From NCBI RefSeq assembly GCF_001194135.2, contig NC_068990.1, positions 18,483,629 to 18,544,038 of the forward strand: a stretch of DNA of 60,410 bases. Reading direction: 5' to 3'. A program made the translations under genes and the position numbers. Positions 12,522 to 25,037 of this stretch are shown here, in pieces; position 1 is the first letter of the stretch; every line of letters starts with the position of its first letter. The notes beneath the pieces are model-generated. The model had not been told where the DNA came from. It did not search any database and saw only the letters and a list, made by a program, of their open reading frames with translations. This stretch comes from Octopus bimaculoides. Taxonomy: Eukaryota.

Positions 12522-13339
12522 ATATATATATGTATATATNNNNNNNNNNTATATACAAATATATATACACGAATATAAAGTGTATATACCTTATATAAAG
12601 GTATATGTATATATAAGGGTCTGAAGGTGTGCAACACACACACGTACATACGCATACATATATACAAGCATACATGCGCACACACTCACACACACTCACA
12701 CATACATATATATATATATATATGTATGTGTGTGTATGTGTTTGTGTGTGTGTCTGTGTGTATGTGTGTGTGTGTGTTTGTATGTGTGTGTGTGTGTGTG
12801 TGCCTGTGTGTGTGTTTCTGTGTGTGTGTTTGTGTGTGCAAATATGTTGTTGAAACTGAAGTAGCTCGTGTTCATTTGCGTTGACACAAATTAAACTATG
12901 AAATTAATTTCCTCTGCTAAGAGGAGAAAAGAATACTGGACCATTATTGCTTTAACCCTTCGTCTGCATGAAAGAAACAGCTTTGAAATTTCTGAAATTT
13001 CAAGATCTGAGGAAAGTATATAACCTAGTCAAACTGGGTGAAGAATGATGCCATAAATATAAAAACCTAGTGTGCACGGTATATTTAAAAACAAAATATG
13101 TCAGAGGTTAAACGAAGACTATCGAATTGACCGTATAGGTAGCTAAAATTCATAGCCAAAGGCTATACAGCGGGTTATTTCTTTCACCAGATAGAGAAAA
13201 AGGACATTATGGACAATCATTTCTTTTTAACAGGATATCCATGCTAACAACATTCTGCTCTCCACCTCTGCATACACTATTTTTAATGTCCTGTATTCGT
13301 TCTTCAAATTTTCACAGCAAATCCGATAGAACTGTTTAC

Positions 13340-13457
13340 CAAATTCCTCCACGTAAAATCGATAGAGAAAACAAAAGACGAAGACAGGTGAAGGCATAAA
13401 ATTGGAAAAGCTATTGACATTTCGAGCCTACGCTCTTCGACGGAAAGGATTCAGAAA

Positions 13458-13460
<3 letters not shown>
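13340..13460 (-). mobile_element. Penelope-like pseudo-LTR fragment with a degenerate minimal hammerhead (13411-13449)
   Basis: Minus strand UCCUUU-CCGUCGA-A-GAGC-GUAG-GCUC-GAAAU-GUC; shares AAAACAAAAGAC..AGAC.GGTG and the hammerhead region with 33640-33790. Confidence 0.6.
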
Positions 13461-13461
<1 letters not shown>

Positions 13462-13531
<70 letters not shown>

Positions 13532-13900
13532 TAGAGAGAAAGGGAGAGAGAGAGCGAGAGGGAGAGAGAGAAACAGAGAGAGAGATCGAAAAAAGAGTGG
13601 AGAAAAAATATTCGTGGGGATTTAACGTAATGAAATAACCGGATGACGGAGGTTGAATGGAAGGGAGATAATAAAGCTAACTCGGCTGACCTAGGGTGCG
13701 CAAGCGAGTGTGTGTGAGTGTGTATGTCTGAATGGGGGCGAGCCCGTGTGAATGTATGTGCGGGCGAGCTTAAAATTATGTGATCTCTTTGTTTGCGTAT
13801 AGAAGCGTGTGGGTGTATTTGCATAATTAACCTAGCGCGTGCATTACGTGTATTTGCATGTTAGTGTGCGTATTGACATGTGTATATGTGTGTTAGGCTA

Positions 13901-13938
<38 letters not shown>

Positions 13939-14500
13939 AAACACTAGAGCATAAGTGTGCGTATGACAGCGTGTGTATATGCGTATAAGTAACCTAGTGT
14001 GAGCGATGTATGGAGTGATGTCCGTATCGTGTATTTGTGTTTGCGTGTGCGTATGGACGTGTGTATATGTGTGTGAGGGTGTGTATAGTGTGTGCTTGAA
14101 GCTATCGTGTGTGTGTATTGTGTGTGCGTGTGCAAATGCTTGTGCGTAGCAGTTGATGTATGCTTGTTCGCGTGGGTGTGCACGCGTGTGTTAGTGCTAG
14201 GAGTGTGTGTGTATATCTGCATAATGGTGTTTTGTGCTGGTACAGGGACACGTTGTGTGCTAGTGTGTCTGGAGTGAGAAGGTGTATGTGAGTGTATGTT
14301 TATGTGTGTGTGGGTGTGTGTGTAATGGGGTATGGTATGGGTACTGAGTTGAACAGTGTGTATGGATGTTTGTACAATGATGTGTGTGTGGTGAAGGTAC
14401 TGAGATAGGCGGTGTACAGGTTGTGGTTGGGAGGGGCAGTGAAGAGTGGGAAGTGTGTATGTATGAATATGTGTGGGGTTGATGTTAGATGAAGAGAGGT
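13462..14500. repeat. (GA)n microsatellite followed by a GT-rich cryptic simple-sequence tract
   Basis: Direct reading; recurrent AACCTAG and GCTATCGTGTG words. Confidence 0.8.
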
Positions 14501-14524
14501 GGCGAATTAAGGCCTTAAGAAGCA

Positions 14525-15308
14525 AACACATGTAAGGGAAAAATATTTACATTTGACGGATATTTGTCCTCATCTTATGTGTGTTTCGGCTGATATACCC
14601 TCCAGGTGTCTTGGGGAAATTTTGAATCTGGGTCCTCATTCCTAAGGTATTTTTCGATGTTGTTGTTATTACTATTATCATTATCATTGTTATTCAGGTC
14701 ACTGCTTGGAATTGAACTCGGAATCTTGGGGTTAGTAGCCCGCGCTATTAACCACTACGCCATATGTCCGTGAGCAATTATAGAATGAATTTTTAGGGCT
14801 TATAAATCTAATATTTTCTTATCCTTTCTTGATACCGGTTCTCATATGCTACTCATATCTGCACTTGGTCTGCTTAGGAGGTTGTTGTGTCCAAGCATAT
14901 GTGCTGCTTCTTTTATTTTACGTATGTTTCAGTAGTGTTCCCTGTCTATTATTTTAACTTCATGCCACAGGGGGAGGTGGTCTCCATTTTTGCATACATG
15001 ATCGTCTATACCCTATTTATCAATATCTTCCCGTGTCATAGCTTTGCGATGTTCCTCTACCCTTATTTTGAAGGGCGGCATGTTTCGCCTTTGTATAACC
15101 TACCACAGCTGCATGGGATGGAATACGTGCAGCTTTTGGCCATATTCTCTTCTATGCGAAGTGTTGTATTACTCTTGAATACTGTCCTGATGTCATATGG
15201 GCCGCATATCGTTTGTATCTTTTCGGAGAGGCCTTTCACGTAGGGTAGACAGACTGTAGACAGTTTATTGGTTTCATCCTCTCTTTTCTTCATAATTGGA
15301 GTAGATAG
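14525..15308 (-). mobile_element. Penelope-like element 3' part: GIY-YIG endonuclease pseudogene, 3' UTR and pseudo-LTR
   Basis: Minus frame VCLPYVKGLSEKIQTIC...VFKSNTTLR...CTYSIPCSCGRLYKGET...IRVEEHRKA...DHV...LPLW.EVKIIDRE...RKIKEAAHM with several stops, ending at about 14805. Confidence 0.88.
14695..14768 (-). ncRNA. tRNA-like Pol III (SINE-head-like) unit inside the Penelope-like 3' UTR
   Basis: A box TGGCGTAGTGG (14752-14762) and B box GTTCAATTC (14709-14717); loop CT-ACT-AA closed by only 3 bp, so not a functional tRNA. Confidence 0.65.
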
Positions 15309-15318
15309 NNNNNNNNNN

Positions 15319-15383
<65 letters not shown>

Positions 15384-18300
15384 AATACAATCATATACTT
15401 TTGATACACACATCTATTTCTCGCATCACAAGTACGGATGGTAAGCTAAGAATATTTCAACTATCCTGTTCATTTTGCTCGTCATTTTCCCATATATTGT
15501 ACAGAAATGATTTACTACTAATTGCTGAAGAGACGAAAGTAGAAAAAATGCTAACCACGGAGAAAAACTTATAACATCTGTCCAGTATGAAATGTGGTGC
15601 TTTATTAGGCATCAGAAATGTTTTTCGTACTAACTGCCGCTAAAAACAATGCGCAGGATATGTGTTTATTCGGTTATTAACATTTGTACTTATAATTTCT
15701 TCTGAGAACCATTTCACATATTGAGTATCACTGTAGATTATATATCTAGAAATTGATACGTTGATATGTTTAAAAATAAAATATATATATATATATATAT
15801 ATATTTATCAAATCTGAACGTATAATTCTCTGGAGAAGAATTTTTGTTTACCTTCTTAATATCAAATAAAAAGAAGCATAAAATTCTCACTCTATATCTT
15901 ATAGCATATTCATGTAATGTATATGTAGACATCTCGTTATCATCCAAAATACGAAGACACACTTCTTTTACGAACGCTACATAAGCATTTATGGTTGTTT
16001 TCATAATGGCGTCAAGTTCGGCATGAAACTTTGAATCTCATATTTTCTTTTTCAATATTAATTATCTTTCATTCCATGTTTTATTCATTATATACAGCAG
16101 CATAATATGTATTGTGATAATCTAGATATGTATAATTGAATAAAATGGAGTGTAACGAAATATAAAATAGGAGAAATATGAAAACAAATTTACGATAAAA
16201 TATATCTTGTAATACGAAGAATACAAAGAAAAACACGATATTGTGTTTGTTACCTGTTTAATAGGATAAACACTGTGATGGATTATAGAATATGATTGGA
16301 TTATCAATAGATTTCAATCAGTAATATAAGGCAAAGAAACCTCTCAAAATATATATCGATCAAATTCAAAGAAAACAAAGACATTTCAATGTTTTGTGTT
16401 GATAGTAAGATAGAGGGATATTACTTGATATAATTTATATGTTCGGAGTAAGAGTTCTTAATCCTTTTACGCCGCTTATAGAGGCTTCTTTGAATTCCTC
16501 AAAAGTAGTTTATAAAAAATTGACAATAGGCAAATCCTTCAAATTTGCGAAAGAAATCTATTTTGTACAGCCATTATGCTTTTTTCAATGATTGAAGGAT
16601 TTATTTGAAGTTTCATACTCCAAAGTAAATTCCTTTTTATCAATCACAAATTGACCCGGAACATAAACCAAAAAAAAAATTTATTTGTTTGTATGTGATT
16701 AGTCATATTGATTCAAGGAACATTTCGTTGGGTATCAGTTCATCAGCTGCTCGGTTCCATAGGGCATTTAATCCATTCAGGCATTCATATTAATAACACA
16801 ACCGCTTAGTCTTATACTTTACAACCAGATAGATGATGAGAAATCGATATTACAATAGATCAATGAATTGATCCTATTTATTGCACTTGTACAGTGTATA
16901 AATATTCAGCGTTACGATATTATCACGCAAAAAGCCCATCCGAGCATAAAGACACTATGCAATGTTGTTGTTTGAATCAATTAGTTTAGCTGAAATACTC
17001 ACATTTTTTGTCAATGTCTCAGTACTTGACATATAACAGTGTTGCTCATCTACTTCTAATGAATCACTACATGAACGTTTATATCAGATGGCCGTAGGTA
17101 TTGAAGTTTCAACGCGGGAAAAAGGAGCATACAATCTGATGTTCCTTATAATTGGTTAGCAACCATTCGATTCATTTTAATGATTCACTAATTTATATGC
17201 ATGTACACACGTATATCAATGATATCGTGATAGGCGAGTGCTACAAATGGCTTAGAAGGTGTTTCGTTTACTAGGAGAGGGACATCTTAGGCAGAAGTAA
17301 AAGGCTAAATCAGCTTAGAGGAAATGGATTTCGCATGGAAGATGCAACGTGATTGCTCGATCAGCTAAAAATAGCAACTAAATGCCCCTAAAATTATATT
17401 CTATTGCCTGTTCAAGTGGAAATCAATCTTAAATAATACGGTTTCATATGCAACAACAAACTAGTTTCATATAGTTAAAATACTTCTGAACATAAGTGTT
17501 GACGATCAGAGTTTGATGAAGGAACGTCAACAACAATTTTCATATTATATTCTTATAGAAAGAAGAGTTGTCTCCCCTGAACTTATAAGTTTTCTTATAT
17601 ATTTTTCTTTAAATATCTAACCTCAATAAAATATGATTGAATCACAAATAGTATTTATGTTTGTAAAAAACTTTTATCGTTTTAAATGTCGAGACATCGC
17701 AATTCCTTTTACTTACCAATTTATTTTATAACTGCTTCATTTCTTGTCCTCATCAATTCTCTTTTAATATATAAGAAGAACTGGGGGAAACTAAAAAGTG
17801 AAAGAAAATCATTTCATGTTAAAATGAGAATTATGTATTATTATTAAATAAAGTAGAAATTTTCCTAAACGATATCTGAAGCAGTGAAATGACATCTGAC
17901 ACGTTTCTAACGTAAGTTAAATGAAATTGAAGATGACATTCTAATGCTGTGATTCAATTAATTCCTCATTCAGATTTTTCTGTAGGCTGAAGGTGTTATT
18001 AAACTTTATTTAGCAAGAGCAATGCACTAACGCAAACAAATGTTAGCGAAACAGTTTTTTTTCTCATTTCTTGTCTTTTTTTCCCTGTGTTTGATGGGCA
18101 TTTCTGTTCATTTGTTCTGGCAGCCCCGCTGCATCAGCCATTCAACTTCTGAGTCATAAAAATCGCTTGGAAAAATAAAACAAAATGTTTCTTTGGATAG
18201 ACAGCGATATTTACAAACAATTTTTGTACAAACGGATTTTCTTGGCATATCGTTCGAAACAAATATTTTCTATTACTCTATTTTATTTTATCATTAATTA

Positions 18301-18749
18301 TTTTTTATACTATTCAGTTGTTCAGAATTGAAGGCTAATGTATAGCATTTTTCGATATGAATATCTGAAGGAGATTTCTCTGGTATTTCCTGATGTTGTT
18401 TTATAAATTTTAAAGCTGACGCATGTTCACTGCTAAATTCAATATCAAATGCATTTGAAATTCATAGACGTAGTCATGTTTATTAAACATGTGGCATTAG
18501 AATTAAATATTTTTATTATTTTTGTTATGAATTTGCCAGAGGAGAAGTAGCTTCAAATATGACCTTTGCAGCAATTTGGAAACTTGTAGAGAAAGCGCAA
18601 GATACAATTCTCAGGTCAGAGACCTAAGCCGAATGCATGCAACAAGGCAGAGATCGCTTACGTCATCCAAGTGTTAGGTATTGGTGCAAAACAAAGAGAC
18701 GTGTTAAGTCTACGCCGTAAGAATAGGTACATATCATCTGACAGGCTTC

Positions 18750-18870
18750 CGCGGAGTTTGTGTCTACTCGGTTCCACTTGCCTTTCCTTAACTCCAGGCT
18801 GTTTATAGAAGAAACGTTTCCAAGGTGCAACACCGTGGGAGCGAGTACAAAGCTACGTCGATTGCAAAGC
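18750..18870 (-). mobile_element. Degenerate family B (CORE-type) SINE
   Basis: GTCTACTCGGTTCCAC...AGAAGAAACGTTTCCAAGGTGCAACACCGTGGG resembles the reverse complement of 56067-56204. Confidence 0.5.
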
Positions 18871-20061
18871 AAACTTATTAAGGACAAAATCGTGCCTGAA
18901 GCGATATCACAAGCTACGACTTTAAGATATCAGAATTATCAGAGAACGGGGCGAAAGAGATAGGGAGATATTGTGAGTGCGAGATGGTGGGATTTATGAC
19001 TTTGCAAAGGGTATCAAAAGAACAAATAGTATAGCTAAGGCACAGGCATGGTTATGTAGTTAAGATCGCTTTGCAAATGTGTGGTTGTGTCTCACCGCGT
19101 GGCATTTTAGCTCGTTTTATATATATATATATATNNNNNNNNNNNNNNNNNNNNNNNNNNNNNNNNNNNNNNNNNNNNNNNNNNNNNNNNNNNNNNNNNN
19201 NNNNNNNNNNNNNNNNNNNNNNNNNNNNNNNNNNNNNNNNNNNNNNNNNNNNNNNNNNNNNNNNNNNNNNNNNNNNNNNNNNNNNNNNNNNNNNNNNNNN
19301 NNNNNNNNNNNNNNNNNNNNNNNNNNNNNNNNNNNNNNNNNNNNNNNNNNNNNNNNNNNNNNNNNNNNNNNNNNNNNNNNNNNNNNNNNNNNNNNNNNNN
19401 NNNNNNNNNNNNNNNNNNNNNNNNNNNNNNNNNNNNNNNNNNNNNNNNNNNNNNNNNNNNNNNNNNNNNNNNNNNNNNNNNNNNNNNNNNNNNNNNNNNN
19501 NNNNNNNNNNNNNNNNNNNNNNNNNNNNNNNNNNNNNNNNNNNNNNNNNNNNNNNNNNNNNNNNNNNNNNNNNNNNNNNNNNNNNNNNNNNNNNNNNNNN
19601 NNNNNNNNNNNNNNNNNNNNNNNNNNNNNNNNNNNNNNNNNNNNNNNNNNNNNNNNNNNNNNNNNNNNNNNNNNNNNNNNNNNNNNNNNNNNNNNNNNNN
19701 NNNNNNNNNNNNNNNNNNNNNNNNNNNNNNNNNNNNNNNNNNNNNNNNNNNNNNNNNNNNNNNNNNNNNNNNNNNNNNNNNNNNNNNNNNNNNNNNNNNN
19801 NNNNNNNNNNNNNNNNNNNNNNNNNNNNNNNNNNNNNNNNNNNNNNNNNNNNNNNNNNNNNNNNNNNNNNNNNNNNNNNNNNNNNNNNNNNNNNNNNNNN
19901 NNNNNNNNNNNNNNNNNNNNNNNNNNNNNNNNNNNNNNNNNNNNNNNNNNNNNNNNNNNNNNNNNNNNNNNNNNNNNNNNNNNNNNNNNNNNNNNNNNNN
20001 NNNNNNNNNNNNNNNNNNNNNNNNNNNNNNNNNNNNNNNTATATATATACACGTATATATA

Positions 20062-21137
20062 TAAAGAACCCAACATGTGTTTGAGGGAACACAATCCAGC
20101 TCAGCGAAAGTCAGTAGTGGTGTCCCATAAGGTAATCTGTTGGGCCCACTCCTCTTCATTATTTACATCAACGACATAGTAGATGTCATCAAATATTCTA
20201 CATTGAAAATCTTCGCAGATGATTCCAAACTCCAGAATGCCATACACGGCATGAGAGACCAAACATGCCTTCAGTCAGATCTGTTTGCTCTTGTCCAATG
20301 GGCGGAAAAAAGCAATATGCTTTTAAATGAAGATACGTTTGATTCGGCCCACTTTGGGAAGGAGGAAACTCTGAAATTACCATATGCTCTTCCCTCGGGC
20401 GACCTCCTAGTGTCATTCAACAATATCAGAGATCTTGGAGTGATTGTTGATAACAATCTAAGCTGGAATTCCCAAGTAAACAGCAAGGTCTAGAGATACC
20501 TACATCATCATCTTCCTCTACTCTACTTTTGCCCGACTCCACCTTGAATACTGTTGCCCATGGTTGTCCCCCCATACGAAACAAGTCATTATGAAAGTAG
20601 AGGCATTCCAGAAGTCAATAACAAGAAAGAGAGACGGAATGAGCGTCATTGATTATTGGGGTCGACTAAAAAACACAATCTCTAATCTCTCCAACGCCGC
20701 CGGGAGCGCTACATCATTTGTGTCATGTGGAAAATATTCCATCAATATTGCACAAATGATGTTGGCATCAATTTTAAAATCCATCCAAGACTTGACCCCG
20801 TGATAACCGCCCACTACAAAAATCGAACTCTGTATACATAGTAATATTACATCATAATTACTTCACCTCAACCGGTGCAGCTCTCTTCAATACCATACCA
20901 AAATACGTCATAACGGAAACGGATCCCATAAGATTCAAATGTTCACTGTACAAATTTCTTCAAAAAATCCCAGTCCAACCTCCTACACCCGGATATGTCT
21001 CCAACAATAATGACCCTTTGCTAGTGTTGGCTACGGTACCCCATATATGACTAAAAGGTTTCACCACGTGGTGCTATTGAGTTAGATATGTCATGTGCCT
21101 ATACTGGCCGAAACCTATCAAAATTATCAAAATTATT
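20062..21137 (+). mobile_element. 5'-truncated CR1-clade LINE (reverse transcriptase pseudogene)
   Basis: VSSGVP*GNLLGPLLFIIYINDI...KIFADDSKL...LQSDL..LVQWA...IRDLGVIVDNNLSW; later SVIDYWGRLK; ends in a short (TATCAAAAT)2 tail. Confidence 0.88.
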
Positions 21138-21139
21138 CT

Positions 21140-21375
21140 GAGTGTGCGTATGTGTCTTTGTGCTTCCATTTGTCCCACTCCACCGTTTGACGACTGGCGT
21201 TGGTTTATTTATATACCCGCTAATTAGCAGTCGCAAAAGAGCCTGATAAAATAAGTACTAGATTTATGAAAACATTTAAGTACTGGGACCGATTTCTTCG
21301 ACTAACACCCTCCAAGGCTATGTTCCACCGTGAACGCAGTCCAATGACCCTAAACAAATGCAAAATATAAGATTT
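21140..21375 (+). mobile_element. SINE 3' module (family C tail), degenerate
   Basis: GATAAAATAAGTACTAG...GTACTGGGACCGATTTCTTCGACTAA motif, shared with copies at 22960, 27370, 28830, 50560 and 60070. Confidence 0.55.
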
Positions 21376-22959
21376 ATAAAAATGCTTTATGCGAAGCCAC
21401 TCGTTTAATATATCGGCAACATAGGATACCAAAATGGTTGCGTGCGAACACTAATCTTAATCTAAAGTACCTGTCAGAAGTTTACTTTCACAAGTGCTGA
21501 TGACAGTTTAGACACGAGACAATTGCAGCATTGAATCTTTCTTTTTATGCACTTTGTGATTTGAAATTTCACCGGAAGTGTAGACCAGTTATTTTGAGTG
21601 AGTGAATTAAAGAGAAAGGTGATTGTTATATAAATTATAGACTGGGTATTTTAAATTTAGTTAAAGAAAAACATTAATATTCCATACATAAAATGTAACA
21701 ATTTTAGTTGATTATATTGATTTCAAAAATATTACTGGTGTCCTATTTTTTTTAAACGAACAAAGAAATAAAATACAAAATCAACCTTAGCACACGTTGA
21801 AATCAATATAGATTGACAAATTAAATCAACCATGTTGTACCAACTAACCTGGATCCGCCTTTGGGTCTTTATTAAGCAACTATCTGTTTTAGATTTATCC
21901 ATATTTAATTAAAGCCCGCAATTATATTTTTAGATGGGTGCCTTTGTATTAAACCAACTTCATAAACTAATTAATGGAAAGGTTAATCATTTTAATAAAG
22001 CCTACCAAAGTGAAGTGAATTTTGTTAGAACACCCTCTTCCCAGAAAATCGTTGAATGATTCAATCTATTTAATCACTCCCTCTGCCGTTTCACTATGCA
22101 CATCATAGAATTGTACAGAATTTAGTTATTTCCACTGCTTGCTGTTTTATTGCCATGCAAATAAAATAGTTATTAGTTATTAGTAACAGCCATATATAGC
22201 GATAAATATACACCAGTTACATATTAAGGAATATTTCACAAAGTATATCCCTATCTTACTGTGTAGAACTTGGTCTTAAGCCAGCTGCGAATAAATCAAT
22301 GTTATTGACGTAATTCATAGCTCTATATTTTTTCTTTGTCTACAATCGATTATTTCACAAAGTACGTTCAGCTGAAGATTCACGTAAAGTTCGCATATTG
22401 TTAGAAATACTGAAGTATTTAGTTGCATTGCATGACGTTTACTAGAATATAAAACACATACGTCATTAAACCATAGCTTGGCACAATACTGACTATAAAA
22501 TATATATAGCATGCGTCTACTCTACAAAAATAGCCACAATGTGTCTTTTTAAAATTTTTTATAACATCTTTCTGCATAATCTAAATAATATAGCAAGTAC
22601 TGCATTATATTTTCTTTTACAAAAATTTTCAATTTCGCGTCGAAAACTTTCCCCCACGGTCAAAAATTACGAGTGAGGTCGTAATTGAGCTTCAAGTCGT
22701 TGCCTCGTGTATGACAGTTACATTTATTTATGAAACAAGGAAATTAAGTCTGGTGGAACTTAGAACGTAAGGGACATATCTTAAAGTGACTTCCAGTATA
22801 ACGTTCGACCCACATATATTCCAATATTTACGATAATGGAACTATACGGATTTTAGGTCTACTCAATATAATTTCCTATCTCACAACATACGACTTTGTA
22901 GACAATATATTCTAATACGCTAGACTTTGAACTTTGAACGAAGTGATTGAACTTTGGCA

Positions 22960-23065
22960 TTGTTGATGCACCGGCACCCCTTTGAAGGGTTCAGTCGAGC
23001 AAATGGACCCCAGCATCTATTGTCTCTCAGCCTGGTTCTCATTCCATCGCTCTCGTTTACCATAT
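22960..23065 (-). mobile_element. SINE 3' module fragment
   Basis: CACCCCTTTGAAGGGTTCAGTCGAGCAAATGGACCCCAG, homologous to 60110-60150. Confidence 0.5.
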
Positions 23066-23193
23066 CGTTAATTTTGGAGAACATAAAAAAATAGCACTGG
23101 TTGTCAAGCGATGCCTGGATAAACACAAAGGCATGCACGCACTCATACTTAGAAATCTCTATAAATACATGCATGCATATATATATATGCATG

Positions 23194-23224
<31 letters not shown>

Positions 23225-23239
23225 GCATGTATGTATGAT

Positions 23240-23395
23240 GTGCTTCCGTAGTTCCATCGACCAAACCCCACTCACAAACCTTTGGTCGTTTATTTAGGGG
23301 CTCTAGCGGAAGTCACTTCCCCAAGTGTTGCAGAATAGGGTGGAACCCAAAACTACATGCTTACAAGGCAAACACTTAATCATTTATCCATACAT
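23240..23395 (-). mobile_element. Degenerate family B (CORE-type) SINE
   Basis: GTTCCATCGACCAAACCCCACTCACAAACCTTTGGTCG...CACTTCCCCAAG; its 3' end abuts a (TA)/(TATG) run. Confidence 0.6.
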
Positions 23396-24639
23396 ATTTG
23401 TTGTAGAAAGGTGTCACAATTACACTAATAGAGCTGTTTTACGTTGTTTCTCTCTGTAGACACTACATTATTATGTTTAACGTCACTTTATCTCGAAATT
23501 CGTATCCACTAATTCACAGAAACCGACTTTATTTTAACTGAAATGTATCTTTTGTGATTAATATATTCATTCATAAAGCAACAAACTCCTTTTACACAAG
23601 TTAGTGGATAATATATTCTCATAAAATGTACAATGTTTCTTATGCGCCACACAATTCATGGTAATCAAACTTTTATGATAGAGGAAACAGGAATATTTTT
23701 TAATATGATTTATTATTTTAGTTAAAATAACAACCATTTAAAGCAGCAGCCGAATGTCCCTCAAACTGTATTCTCTGTCCGATGCCCGATAACACGCCAC
23801 CGCCACTCCTGCATCCCAAGTTAAATCACTTTTCTTCTTGTTATCAGTATTGTATCTCCCCCTCGCAGATATTCACTAACAACTACACGCATTCCTTCTT
23901 CCTCATGATGTCGCCTCTTTAGGCTCTACTCCCACTTGTACATATTTATCGTGAAACGATTGATCTGCTTTTGTTTATGCAGAACATTCTGTTGATCTCA
24001 AAGATGTCGGTGGGTCAAGATCGAGATAGTGAGATAAGTTCCATAGTCTCAGTTGCTCACATCTCGGTTATTCCTGATAGGAGTTTTATGGAGGACACTA
24101 AGGAATCTACCCACGTGACCTTCTCAGGAATCGTACTCGTAGAAAACCGATTCATGAATGGATGCGATGAAAAATGTATACAATTTCAATACAAGTCTCC
24201 AGACATTTCATCGTCAGTATTCTTTTTATAGAAACAGCATTAATGCATTGTATTTCAAACTAATTTAATAATAAATCTCCTCTCTTTGAAGGAGAGATAT
24301 TGCAGTCATTTGGTTTAAGTTTGATTAACATTACGAAACGTATGAATCCTCAAATATGGAGATCTGAAAAGTAAATTTTAATGACTTTTATGTGAACTGA
24401 AATATCTGAGCAGATAACTTATTGGCTTTTTGTAGCCATGAGCCGTGGACTTTAATGTCATTACAATATATATGACGTGTGACTTGAGGAAGGAATTTTA
24501 CTGATTTTAACATCAAAGAGAAGCAAAAGAAACCTGATATTGATTTACGTCTTTCAAGAAGGCTACCAAGTGCGGAAAATCAAAAGGATTTGTTAATTTC
24601 CTATTTTATAAACGAGACCATCCCCAAATTCAAGCATCT

Positions 24640-24986
24640 AGTCAGATAGCTAACGATGCTTCTGTTACCAGTAGCAAGTCAAAATATCGATTTCAGTTCT
24701 GCAAGCCAGAAAGCTATGGAGGTGACGCATTATTGAAAAAAACAAACCTCTAAGTGATGACTTCTCGAACTTTCTCACATAAAACTGGAACATCATGCAT
24801 TTAATTAAGCAACTAAATACAAACCAACAAAAGTCATTTATGTGGTTACCTTACCTGCTAGAAATAGCAACAAAAAGCTACTGTCTTTATAACAGAAAGG
24901 ACATATTGGAAATTTTAATCCGGCATGGTTGAGTCTAGAATATATTTGATCGTACATTCAGTCAAGGCCAATTTAGAGTTAAATGC

Positions 24987-25036
<50 letters not shown>

Positions 25037-25037
25037 C
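24640..25037 (+). mobile_element. Old SINE-like repeat ending in (CAA)n
   Basis: CCTGCTAGAAATAGC motif shared with 35575-35590; A/CAA-type tail. Family not assigned. Confidence 0.4.

Noticed and set aside
15525-15545. CTGAAGA-GAC-GAAAGTA minimal hammerhead-like word
   Set aside because: No room for stems II or III and no stem I pairing.
16000-16680. Hydrophobic, relatively stop-poor minus frame
   Set aside because: Explained by T-rich composition; several stops and no recognisable domain.
24195-24220. CTGACGA-T-GAAATGTC on the minus strand
   Set aside because: No stem II and poor stem I.
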